Positions 11,635 to 24,419 of a DNA stretch of 64,000 nt are shown here, one piece after another. Numbering within the stretch: the stretch's first letter is position 1; each line of letters opens with the position of its first letter. The notes under the pieces are model-generated. The model was given only the letters and a program-made list of their open reading frames with translations, ran no database searches and had not been told where the DNA came from. This stretch comes from Neocallimastix sp. 'constans' (lineage: Eukaryota), in the NCBI GenBank assembly GCA_050613775.1, contig JBODTK010000100.1, positions 124,001 to 188,000 on the forward strand, read 5' to 3'. The position numbers and the translations under genes are program-made.

Positions 11635-11767
11635 AATAGTTATCGCTTAAACTACAAAGCGAAGATATTTTTAATAGTTAATGCTTATCTATAAAGCAAT
11701 ATTTAATAGTTATCGCTAAAACTACAAAGCAAAATTAATATAAAAGTTAGCGCTAATCTACAAAGCG
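11635..11767 (+). repeat. Four imperfect ~25-bp repeats (AATAGTTATCGCTwAAACTACAAAGC-like) with short spacers
   Basis: Copies at about 11635, 11673, 11705 and 11742. Confidence 0.8.
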
Positions 11768-12421
11768 GATTATAATTAAAAGTGAGGTAATTTCCAATAT
11801 ATAAGAGATATTCGGTATTCACATATTTTTGATGGTATAATATCACCCTTCAAGAGAAAGGTTACCATCATATATAAATGGTATATTTAAACCATATAAT
11901 TATTCATATTATAAATGACATAGATTCATCTAATACGTATTAATGGTGTAAAAATATTAAATACTTAGTTTTAGGGGGAAATTATTAGATTTCAAATATA
12001 TTTAAAAAAATTATTTTAGAAATATTTAAATTGAATTAAAGAATTAATATAATGTATAATTATTGTATTTATGAAAAATTAGAGTTAAGTTAGAAAAGAA
12101 ATAATTTATAGTTTAATAATATCAAGTATATAATATTGGAGAATAGGATAATTTTATATACACATATTCACCAGTAAACCAATTTATTCATAAATGAATA
12201 ATTAGGTTTAAGGGGTAATGTTAGAATATGTGAAATATATGAAATAAGTGTCAAATGTATTTATAATGTATTGACACTTATTGTATTAAATTAATGTATA
12301 AGCCACATAGTATTCATATAAATACATGTAAACTTAGAATTATACTTTGAGTAATTTTTTTGTATAAAACATATTAATTAAGTTGACATAATCATTAATC
12401 ATAAAATCCCAACAGTTAACA

Positions 12422-12715
12422 AATTATTCATTATTTAATTATTTATTATTTATTATTTATTATTTATTATTTATTATTTATTATTTAATTATTTATTATT
12501 CATTATTCATTATTTAATTATTTATTATTCATTATTCATTATTCATTATTTAATTATTTATTATTCATTATTTATTATTTAATTATTTATTATTTAATTA
12601 TTTATTATTCATTATTCATTATTTAATTATTTATTATTCATTATTTAATTATTTATTATTCATTATTTATTATTTAATTATTTATTATTTAATTATTTAT
12701 TATTCATTATTCATT
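12422..12715. repeat. (TATTTAT/TATTCAT)n satellite, block 2
   Basis: The same heptamer resumes directly after the LTR element. Confidence 0.85.
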
Positions 12716-14580
12716 ATCATTGTCATTATACTTATCAAATAAAGTTATAATTAATTGCATAAATAGTATAATATCATCCGTACATTATGGCAAATGAATA
12801 TTTCCTTTTACCATCCAAAACTTCATCTTAACATTTATTTATTTTTTGTTTTATTGAAAAGTTTTTATTATTTTATCTATCAAGAGAGGGTCGTCGTCCC
12901 TAAAGGTCAGATCTAAATTATTCCTCTTGTTTTTTTTTTTTTTTTTTTTTTAAGGTAAAGTTTTTCAATCTCCGTCAAATTCAATAATTTAATTTGTATA
13001 ATATTTGGAATGATTTTTATCATAGGTCCTCTCTCTCAATTAAGCGTATCTTTTATATTGTTTCTAATTATTTTTGTCTTCAACATTTTCACATACCAAA
13101 TATATAAGTGGTGGTGGTAGCTTTATTCTTATTTTCCTTTTCCTTTTTACTTTCTATTTTTATTTTTTGAAAGAGTAACAACAAGATTTGACATCACTTT
13201 TTAAATAATCAACTTGTTTATTCTTTTTCATTATCACTGTACCTACTATCATCATAATCACTATCATCGAAATCAATTATCTGTTGTGGTCAATTCTTTA
13301 GAAATATTCTCATTATTATTATTTCCTAAATTATTTTTTTTTTTTTTTTTTTTTTTTTTTAGGTTTCTCTTCATTCTTATCTCTTAAATTTTTATCTAAT
13401 CCGACTTTGTTGATTTCATTTTTTAATAATAGATTTATATTCATTAATGTTCAAACTTTATAATATAAGATTGGAGAAAAAAAAAATAAGTATAGAGTTT
13501 TTTTTTTTTTTTTATAGTTTTGAGTTATGTTGGTCAGGTTAAGATGTCTTTGTTAATTATAACAATTAAATTTAAAATAAATTGTTACACACAAAGTTTT
13601 ATAAATTAATTAAAAAATTCTGTTATATAAAAATTTATATATTTTATTAGAATCTTCTATTTAATATTTTAATTAGTAAATTTTATTAAGATTAATACTA
13701 TGAATTATTATTATTATTGTTATAATTAATTTAGTGAGGTTAATTCTTACCATTTAAAAAGAAATCTACAGAGAATGAATATTTATGGTCTTTACAATAA
13801 AAATAAAGAAAAAATAAAAAAAAATAAAAATAATATATAAATATTTAATTAATAAAAAAAAATGTATATATATATATTATATACATGTAATTAAGAAACA
13901 TTTTTAAAATAAAATTATGACATGCATATTAAAATCTGTATAAATATATATAAATATTTATTTATTTATTTATTTATATATTCATATTTCAAAACAAAAG
14001 TTTGAATAATTAATAATGGTTTAAATTTTTATTAACTGATTTAGATTTAAATAATTAAATTTTAAAACTTTATATCAATTAATAGTTACATATGCGTTAT
14101 TATGATTACATAGTTTTTAACATTTGCCATGCTTAAAATTATTACTTCAAAATATTTATTATTTTTTTAAAAAAAAAAAAAAAAAAAAATTAAAAAATCT
14201 GTCCGTCCTCATTAAAAATTTTTACTAGGTTACACGAGTTTAATTTCTTTTTCATTTCCAAATCCAAATCTATAAAAATTTTAATTTTAACTAAAAAAAT
14301 AAAATTAAAAATTTTTGAATAAAGCTGTCCTAAAAAGGATTACAAAAAAATACCAAATACAAAAATAAATAATTAATTAGAATCAAAATATAACAGTATC
14401 CTCATTAAATAGAACACAGTACTAATGATAATGGTATCAAAATTATAATAGTAATAGAATTTAAATTGAATAATAATAATAATAATAATAATAATTGTAA
14501 TATTAGAGTCAAAATAATAATAGTAATAATAATAAAATCAAAATAAAAGAATTATAATGTGATAATGAAATTATAATATA

Positions 14581-14650
<70 letters not shown>

Positions 14651-15209
14651 GTTGAAATAAAGTAGCATAATAATTAATGTTACATTTATTTATGATTATT
14701 TTATAATCATATTAATATACAATAAAAATTATACAAATTTACATTTTGAATATATCTCTATTATATAAAAATATACATTATTTTATTTTGTTGTATCAAT
14801 ATATATATATATATAAAGTACAACATTTATTATAATTCCATATTTACATAATGGTTTCAGTAAAAATTTTATTACATATAGAATCATATAAATAATTACA
14901 TTAATCCTTATTATAAATAATACTTTATTTTTTTTTTTTTTTTATTTTTTATTTATGATTATTTTATATTATTATATATTATTATTAAATATAAATTTCA
15001 TTTAATTTAGAATTTCTTTACCAATATTTTAATATGAATTCGAAATGTGATAAGGCAAAAAAGAAAATGCTGATACAGATTTGAATAATAATTTTTATCC
15101 ATATGGAGTTATCATCGATAAATGGGAAGAATAAGAGGTCATTTCATCATCAAAACTCATTAAAAAAAATATATATATATATATATTTCAATTAAAAGAA
15201 AATACTTTA

Positions 15210-15440
15210 AATTATTTATTATTTATTAATAAATACTCTTTTTATTATTTAATTATATAACTATTTAATTATTTATTATTTACTACTAATAAATATTATT
15301 TAATATTTATTATTCAATTATTTACTATTTATTATTTCTGTTTATTATTTATTTATTAATAAATACTCTTTTATTATTATTTATTATTTAATTATTTATT
15401 ATTTATTATTTATTTACTAATAAATACTCTTTTTATTATT
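15210..15440. repeat. TATTTAT satellite, block 3 (degenerate)
   Basis: Same units and TAATAAATACTCTT motif. Confidence 0.7.
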
Positions 15441-15545
15441 TAATATTAATTTTAAAAAAAAAAAAAGTTGTGGATTTTTTTAGAAACAAATCGATTATTT
15501 CTTAATAAACAAAAAATTAATGAATTTTTTTGTGCAAAATAGATA

Positions 15546-15580
<35 letters not shown>

Positions 15581-15764
15581 GATCGATACGAAAAACGCCT
15601 GAAAATGTTAAATCAACTGATCAAGACTTTCACATATCGTCTGTTCGTAAAATCTGATTTTAATAAAAAAGAGGAATCTCCTTTTTTTTTTTTCCTTTCA
15701 CTGTTGAACACAGCTAACTTTCGGATCAGATACAGAATTAATTACATTATTATCTGCTGTATTT

Positions 15765-17444
15765 CTATTCCTTTGATTTAGCCGCTAGCTCAATCGCATT
15801 ATGTTCGGTTACCTTCTTCAACGTTGACTCTAAATGCGAAACTTCCAATTCTTTCACCCGCATTCTAAATTCTCCAGCAAGAATATCTATTTCCAACTTA
15901 TATCTGACAATTTTTAGATAACTCTGTACCGGTTTCTTCTGCCTCAGCCAATTTAAGTTCTTTGTTCAGTTTTTCCCTGTTTAGTCTATTTTGCGCCATC
16001 TCGAACTCCTTCATAGATATAGAAAGCTCTCCTTCGACTTCTGCTTTGCTCGGTCCCTCCTCTGTGTGGACATTCAGTATGTCTTGAGCACTACTTTGAC
16101 CCTCGTAATTCTTTAAACCGTCAATGGCCTTGCTGATTACCTGGATGGCTTCATCTGCTCCTTCGGTTTCATTACTCAAGACTCTATCGCTGAGATCACG
16201 AATAGAACGTTCAATTCTTTCAATCTCTTTCAGAAGTGCTTCTTGATACCATTCTTTAGCACGTTGCAATTCGCTGCCTTTATATTCGCCTTCTTTGAAC
16301 TCTCCGATCAAGACTTCACCCGTGTTTTTGAGCATTGCCGTAAACATTTGAATTTTTCGCTCTTCCCTTATATATGAACTCCTTTGTTAAAATAAGATAG
16401 CCGTCAGAAGGCGAGGAAATCCACGTAAAAAGGCCCGTCACCTGACTCCACTCATACCATCTGCTTGTAAAATCCGATTTCGACAAAGAAAATTCTCCGC
16501 GAATATTGTCAGTTAACTTAAATTCGACGAGTCTTAACCAATATTCAAAACCAAATTTTACGTAGTCACCCTTGCAAGACAGAGAAAAAGTATCACCGAC
16601 AAAATCAGATTTAATTACAAAAGAATGATCATCTTTTAATCGCAGACACTCCTCGCCGTTATTCGTTTCTTTGGAAAATAACCCCCAATCATTTTCATTA
16701 GACGAATTTTTTTTCAGGATTTTTCGCATTTTCTGAATCTGATATTTTCACAACTTCAGTTGAATTACCTTGCCCAGAAATCGAAAGCCTCAACGACTCT
16801 TCTTTTTCTAACCTTTCTCTTTCTTTCTGCTTTTCCATTAAATTCGTAAGATTGCCATTAAAAGTTTCCGTTAACTGTTTTTGATCTCCATATATTTCTT
16901 CATATATTGATGACATCTTACTATTCAAATTTTGAATTTGTCCGACTAAATCAGTAATTTGTGCACTTTGCTCTTTCTCCCGATTCTCCAACCTTTCTTG
17001 TTGTTCTTTCTGTTGTCTTTCCAAAAAGGTCATAAGATCTTTATTTGAAGCTTTTGTTAATCGCTTCTGTTCTGACGATTTACTGTTTAAATCCTGCACT
17101 TGCTTAGTTAGATCATCAATTTGCGAATTCAATCTGGCAACATTGCTATTACACTCTTTCAATGATAGATCTTGCTCCTCAATTCTTGCAAATATCAATA
17201 CCATTTTTCCGTTTAGATCTTGCACTTGCCGAGTCAACCAATTAACTTGTGAATTTAAATTGGTAATCTGACTGTCTGAAACCTCGATTAAATGTGCTAC
17301 TCCTTCATCTGATCTTTCATTATTTTCTACTGCGCGATTCGAACTGTTTTGCGACACTCTCTGACGAGTTTTAAAAGTGTTACTCGCCTTATCAAAGTAC
17401 ATCCCATACGTGTTTTCTTCTAGCATTAAGCCCAACCCAAACAC
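15765..17444 (-). pseudogene. Frameshifted coiled-coil protein gene of unknown, possibly foreign, origin
   Basis: ORFs 17444-16698, 16729-16316, 16347-15898 and a fourth segment to ~15765 join into one ~550-aa frame if one A is removed from each of three A-runs. GC content is clearly above the flanks; no introns inside. Confidence 0.6.
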
Positions 17445-17844
17445 TGATAAAATTTAAATTTTTTATTTTTTTATTAATTATTTTTTATTAATTATTTTTT
17501 TATTATTTTTTATTATTTATTATTATTTATTATTATTTATTATTATTTATTTTATTTTTATTAATTATTTTTTTATTTTTTTATTATTTATTTTTTTACT
17601 TTTTTATTTTTTTATTATTTTATTAATTTTTTTTTTATTTAATGCAAGATTAAATAGTAATATATTATAATATATTGGAACAATTCATTTCCAATTAATT
17701 TCAATTAATTTGAGTTAATTTTTCATGCTTCAAATTTAATATATAAAATTAATATTATATTTATAGTTTTTAATATAAATTAGTATAAATTAATATATTA
17801 ATATTTAATTTTAGTTTTAGTTTTAGGAATTAATGAAAATTATT

Positions 17845-18200
17845 CAATTATTTATTATTTAATGATTTATTAATACATATTCTTTTTATTATTATTTATT
17901 ATTTATTAATAAATACTCTTTTTATTATTTATTATTTACTATTTATTAATAAATACTCTTTATTATTATTTATTATTTATTATTTATTATTCAATTATTC
18001 AATTATTTATTATTTATTATTTATTATTTATTATTAATTATTTATTATTTATTATTTATTATTTATTATTTATTATTTATTATTAATTATTTATTATTTA
18101 TTATTTATTATTTATTATTTATTATTCAATTATTCAATTATTTATTATTTATTATTTATTATTTATTATTTATTATTTATTATTTATTATTTATTTATTT
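17845..18200. repeat. TATTTAT satellite, block 4
   Basis: Tandem TTATTTA units. Confidence 0.85.
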
Positions 18201-19628
18201 TATAATATTAAAAACTGAAACATTCAATTATTATTATTATTTATCATTATTATTATTATTAATTATTACTTATTTATATTTAATCTCTTATTATATGTTG
18301 TATGTTTTTATTTTTTGATAAATTCAAATTATAATTGATAATTATTAATTTAATAATCAATTATTTTATTTTAATATCCAAACATTGTTCATTTAATTAA
18401 AAACGAATTAATAAATGATGATAATAATAAAATTTATGATTATTATTTTTTTTTACAATAATAATATGATAATAACTGATAATCACTGATAATAACTGAT
18501 AATAACTGATAATACTAATTATGAACAATAAAATTGAAATAAGAATTATTTTAATTATTTAATAATAAAAAAAAAGATTCTTGGATAAACGATCATTTCT
18601 ATCTCTTTTTAAAGAACATAAACTAGAATATTATTTTATTTCTAAAGCACTACTGAAAACAATAATTTGTTTAATCTTTAAGGGTAAAAAAAAAAATAAA
18701 AATATACATAAATATAAAAAGTATTAAATATTTTTAAAAAAAAAAAATTATTCAATATTGTTAATTATGCAAAAGAAATCTTCTATAAAATTAAAATAAA
18801 ATATAATAAAATAAAATTTTATATTTCTCTATATCTATATATCTATTCTTTTATATTCTATATTATATAAATATATTTTATATATCAATTTTATGATATA
18901 TCTAATCTATAAATAAATAAATAAATAAACAAATAAATAAATAAATAAATAAATAAATAAGTAAATAATAAAATGAGTAATTTTTAATAAATAAATAAAA
19001 GTATTTATTAATAATTGAATAAATAAATAATAAGTAGAAGTCAGTCACACAAAGCAATTAAAATTTAATATATATTAAATGAATTAATTAACAAAAAGCT
19101 TAAAAATTATTGAATCTTTCTTTTTTTTATTTTTTTATTTTTTTATTTTTTATTTTTATTTTTTTATTTTTATTTTAATTGAATTAATCATAAATAGATA
19201 ATCATTAAAGTTGTGGTCATGTGATGACCTTAGTATAGTTTTTATTTTTTTTATTTTTTTATATTTTTTATTTTTTATCTTAATATAATAAAACAAATTT
19301 TTTTTTTTATTCATGCTTAAATAGAGAATACTTTTTTTTTTATACTTATTTATTCATTGCTAAATATAAAATAAAAAGAGTAAAATTAAAAGAAAAAAAA
19401 TAGAAAAAATAATAAAACAAAAGAAAAAAGAAAAAAAAAAAAGAGAATAAAATAAAATAAAAGAAATTGAAAAGTATATATTTATAGAGATATTTTGTAT
19501 AATAAAAAAGAAAATACTTTAAAAATAAAAAAAAAAAAAATAGTTTATTAAGGAAACGATAATATAAAATTTTGTATTATAATTTAAATACTTTTTTAAA
19601 GTTAAAATCAAAAATAGACTTGTTCAAA

Positions 19629-21711
19629 ATGAAATACCTCAACTACATTTCAACATTTTTATTTGCAGGATTTTTAAAAATTAATGCTCAAGATTGTAAT
19701 GTTGTTAACGGAGTTCTTAGTGGATTCGGTTATAAAGTAAATCAAGATACTGATTGTTGTACCTACGCTGTAAACGATCAATATTCTGTTTCTTGTGATG
19801 GAAATGCTGTTACTGGACTGTAATTTTTTTTTTTTTTTTTTTTTTTTATATATATACATACCAACAAAAAGGAACAATTCAGTATATACTTTGAACTAAA
19901 ATAAATAATAAATAATTTATAATGAATTTTTTTTTTTTTTATTTGATTTATATTAATAGTTCATATCATTATATCTCAAACTAAAAAATAACATAAAAAA
20001 TATAAAAATAATTGTTATATAAATAATAATATTATATTATATAAAAATTAATAGTTCAATTATAAATAACGGTGCTGTTAATAATATACCTGATGAAGTT
20101 TTAAAATTAAGTAAATTAGAAAAATTGTAAGTAAATTTATATTTTCATCGGTTTAATAGATATATATATTTAATGATATCATTTATAAAATACTATTTAT
20201 TTGAATAAATATAAAAAAATCATATAAATATTAAAAATCATATAAATATTAAAATTACTTTTTTTTTTTTTATAATAATAACAGAGATTTCAGTAACTGT
20301 CAAATTTCTCAATTCCCATCCAAACTTAAAAGTTTACCAAATCTTAAATCCTTGTAAGATGATTTTTTTTTTTTTTTTTTAAAAAAATCCCTATACTATC
20401 TATAAATCATTAAAACTAAATATATTAATTTAATTTATATTATATAATGTTTATGAACTATATTTTTTTAATTTTTACATAATATAGATATCTTTGGAAG
20501 AATAATATTAAACAATTACCTAATGACATTTCTGAATTAAAATCTTTAGAACATTTGTAAATATTAAAATTTCATAAAATAAAAAAAAATAAAATATACT
20601 GCATATATATAAATGATATATTAACTAAATATATATATATATTTTAATTAACAGAGATTTAGGTGAAAATTATTTAACTTCTATTCCAGATACTATTGGA
20701 CAAATGGAGAATTTACAATCATTGTATGAAATTTTATTAATATTAACAAAAAAAAAATACTTTTACTAATTATACTTTTAATAATTATATTAATTATTAT
20801 AGTAATAATTAATAATTATATTGATTAAAAATTATAGTAATAATAAATATTAATAACAATAAAAAAAAAATAAAAAAAAAATTACTAATAATTTAAATAT
20901 ATAATTTTTTATTATAATATATATATAAATTTATATTTTATAATTTAAAAAAAATAATAATAATTGACAATGATAATTCTATAGATTATTATACAATAAT
21001 GATATTTCAGCTTTACCAGAATCTATATATAAACTTAATAAACTTAAAACTTTGTAAGAAATCAAAATTTTAAGATAAAAAAAAATTTTAAGATTAAAAA
21101 AAAATTTTTTTTTTGTTAATTTTTTATATGAATTTATAATAATAATAATAATATAATATTAATTATAAAATTTTTTATTAATATTGATATTACTGATAAA
21201 TATATAATATATATATATATATAGAAATTTAGAAAGTAATCAAAACTTATCTGGTATTTTTAAATCATTTGGTAAAAAAGTTGATTCTTGCAATATTAAG
21301 AACACCCATTTATGTATTGATGCTAAAAAAGTTTGTGATAAGTATATAGTAAATAATAATGATAATAAACCATTCTGTCACCCAGAAGATAATGATAGCG
21401 ACAACTCAAGTGTAACGACTGTACTTATTGTAATTGGTGTTATTGCTCTTTTATTAATCCTTGCTGTCGTTGGATACTTCCTTTACAAAAAGTTTAATAA
21501 ACAAGTCATACCAAGTAATGAAGATAGTGTCATTGAGAGAAAGCCAATAAATAAATCTTCTACATTAGATTCTTCATTAATTGATATTAATGATGAGAAA
21601 AACGTAAAAGATGTTACTGATGAACAGATTATAAAGAAGGATGATGATGGCATTGAAAAAGAAGAAGACATTAAGAAGGAAGTTAAAGAAGGAGAGCATA
21701 GAGAAGAATAA
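19629..21711 (+). CDS. LRR receptor-like single-pass membrane protein, 7 exons, 341 aa
   Basis: Exons 19629-19819, 20055-20126, 20285-20353, 20488-20556, 20655-20723, 20985-21053, 21225-21711; all introns GT-AG and the spliced frame is open. Signal peptide, Cys N-cap (DC...DCC...C), LRRs such as LYLWKNNIKQLPNDISELKSLEH, Cys C-cap, TM segment VLIVIGVIALLLILAVVGYFLY, acidic tail. Confidence 0.92.
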
Positions 21712-21723
21712 AGAAAAATAATA

Positions 21724-21754
<31 letters not shown>

Positions 21755-22071
21755 TAAAAATAAAATAAATATTATTAGAATAAAAGATAAACAACCTAAA
21801 TTAAATCATGTTAAACTATCTCTAGAATTTTAATTGTTATCGTAATAATAATAATATTCTTTTTTTTTTTTTTTATTTATTTATTTTTTTATTTTCTTAT
21901 TCTTTTTTTTTTTATTTTTTTTAAAAAAAAAAAGAAAAAAAGAAAAAAGAAAATAAAATATTAATTTAATCAATCTATAATTTGATTTTTAATAACTTGT
22001 AAACTCTTCTTATGTAAGATAAAAAAAAAAAAAAAAAAGTTTTTATCATAATAAATTATATACAAAATATT

Positions 22072-22119
<48 letters not shown>

Positions 22120-22287
22120 AAATAAAAATAAATAATAAAAGAGAATGAAAAATAAGAAAAATGATAGAAATTATTTAATTTACTAAAAAAAAATAAAATA
22201 AAATAAAATATAAAATAAAATAAGATAATAAAATAATATAAAAGAATGAAAAATAATAAGGAAAAATGATAGAAATTATTTAATTTA

Positions 22288-22335
<48 letters not shown>

Positions 22336-22709
22336 ATATAAAACAACTAAAATAAAAAACATGAAAAAAAAAAAAAAAAAAAGTCAAAATATATTTATTA
22401 ATAGAAAATATATATATATATTATTTATATAAAGAAGAAAAATTAGAATTTTTAAAGAATATATATATATATATATTTTATAATTCATTTACTAAATTAT
22501 TACTTAATCTCTATAAAAAAAAAAAAAAATAAAAAAAATAAAAAATAAAAAAAAAAAATAAAAAAAAAAAAATAAAATAAAATAAAATAAAAATAAAATA
22601 AAAATAAGATAGAATAAAATAAAATAAAAAATAAAAATATTAAATTTAAACCAATTTTTTTTTTTTTTTTTTTTAGTCTATATAAATTATAATAATAATT
22701 AATTTAAAT

Positions 22710-22740
<31 letters not shown>

Positions 22741-23614
22741 ACGAAACGATAAATTAGAGATGAAATTTATGAGATAATAGATTCGAATAATTATTTTTTT
22801 TTTTTTTTTTTTTTTTTCACATGGAAGTATCCTTGATGAGGAAAAGGGAAAAAGAAGGTGTTCGAGAGAGAGGTCATTTTCGTTTTCCTTGAAACTCATA
22901 AATAGTGTTAACTTTTTTTAATATTAAATATAAAAAAAAAAAATCATGTATTTTTAAATTCATATATATATATATTAAATATTATTAAATAGAGTTTTTA
23001 AAAATAAAATAAAAAATCAAACTTTTCTCATAATATTAATATAATAATAAATAAGGCCAATATTTATTATCTATATAATTTTAAAAAATAGAAAAAAATA
23101 AAATAATAATAATAATAATAATTAATAAATAAAAAATAAAAATAATTAATAATATCAATTAATTATCACTAATAATCATATGTGATTTATTTTTTTATAA
23201 ATAATAAAAAAAAAAAAAGATATATCTATTAAAGTTTTAAATTAAAAAAAAAAAAAATTATATATATAAAAGTATCTAATTATTATATCTAATTATTATT
23301 ATATATGATAATTCTAATTATATAATAAAAATAATTAAAATAGTATTAATATTTAATTATTTATAATTTTTTAAAGTTTTAATTATTAATTTAATTAACA
23401 TGAATTAAAATTAAAAAAAAAAAAAATAAATAATAAAAATTAAAATAAAAATAAAATAGAGTTATTAATTATTATTAAAAAGTAGTTAATCTCTTTTTAT
23501 TATTAAATACTGATAAAAAGTTTTCTGTTTTATTTATTTTTATTATTTATTAAAAATAATAATAATAAATAATAATAATAATAAATATAATAATAATTGA
23601 TAATAATAATAATC

Positions 23615-23677
<63 letters not shown>

Positions 23678-24419
23678 GTGTATTTATAAAAAAAAAAAAA
23701 TAAAATAAATGAAATTTTTTAAAAAAAAAAAATTTACTATAATTTGGTATTTCATTTATTTTTTTTTTTCATATGTATTATTTTAATAAATTTTAAATGA
23801 AGTTTATTCCAAGTCTAAAATATATATATATATATAATAAAAATAAAATAAAATAAAATAAAATAAAATAAAATTGAAAAAAAAAATTTACTATAATTTG
23901 ACTTAGCCTTTCTTAATCATTATTACAATTACATTTTAAAATGTGTTGTAAAAGAAAAAAAAAATAAATAATATATATATATATTTATATATTATTATTA
24001 TTGAAAGAGGTTTATCGGAACATAAAACTAAAAAATAAAAAAAAAAAAAATTTTTTTTTTTTTTCTTTATGTAGAATTAAGATTTTTGGTCACTTTTTTT
24101 TTTGGTGATCAAACGTATAAACATGAAAAAAAAAAAGTTTAAATTAACCTATTTTTATTATTATTTTTATTAATACTGTTATTATTATTTTTTTTTTTTT
24201 TTTTTTTAATAATAGGTTTATTAATTATAATTAAAACAAAAAAAAAAAATTTTTTTTTTATTAAAAATAAAAAGAAATTAATATATAAACATTATATATA
24301 TATACATTATCTATATATATTATTTTATCTTTTTATTATCTATAAATATATATTTAATTGATTAAAAATTCATCAATATATTAAATAAATAAATAAATTA
24401 AAATAAAATAATATAAATC

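Larger units (their letters stand above)
9458..12421 (+). mobile_element. Non-autonomous or degenerate LTR element, probably Copia-dependent
   Basis: 203-bp LTRs at 9458-9660 and 12219-12421 (about 5 differences), TGTTA...TAACA ends, 5-bp TSD AATTA (9453-9457, 12422-12426), PPT-like AAGGGG before the 3' LTR, no long internal ORF. Confidence 0.92.

Noticed and set aside
11635..11767. CRISPR-like repeat/spacer appearance
   Set aside because: Repeats are degenerate, spacers are only 7-12 bp, there are no cas genes, and the context is a eukaryotic LTR element.
12720..13560. Coding-like decayed island on the minus strand, possible TE relic
   Set aside because: No recognisable motif or termini.
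14222..14242. Helitron-like 3' end (CTAG|T on the minus strand)
   Set aside because: The required subterminal GC hairpin is missing.
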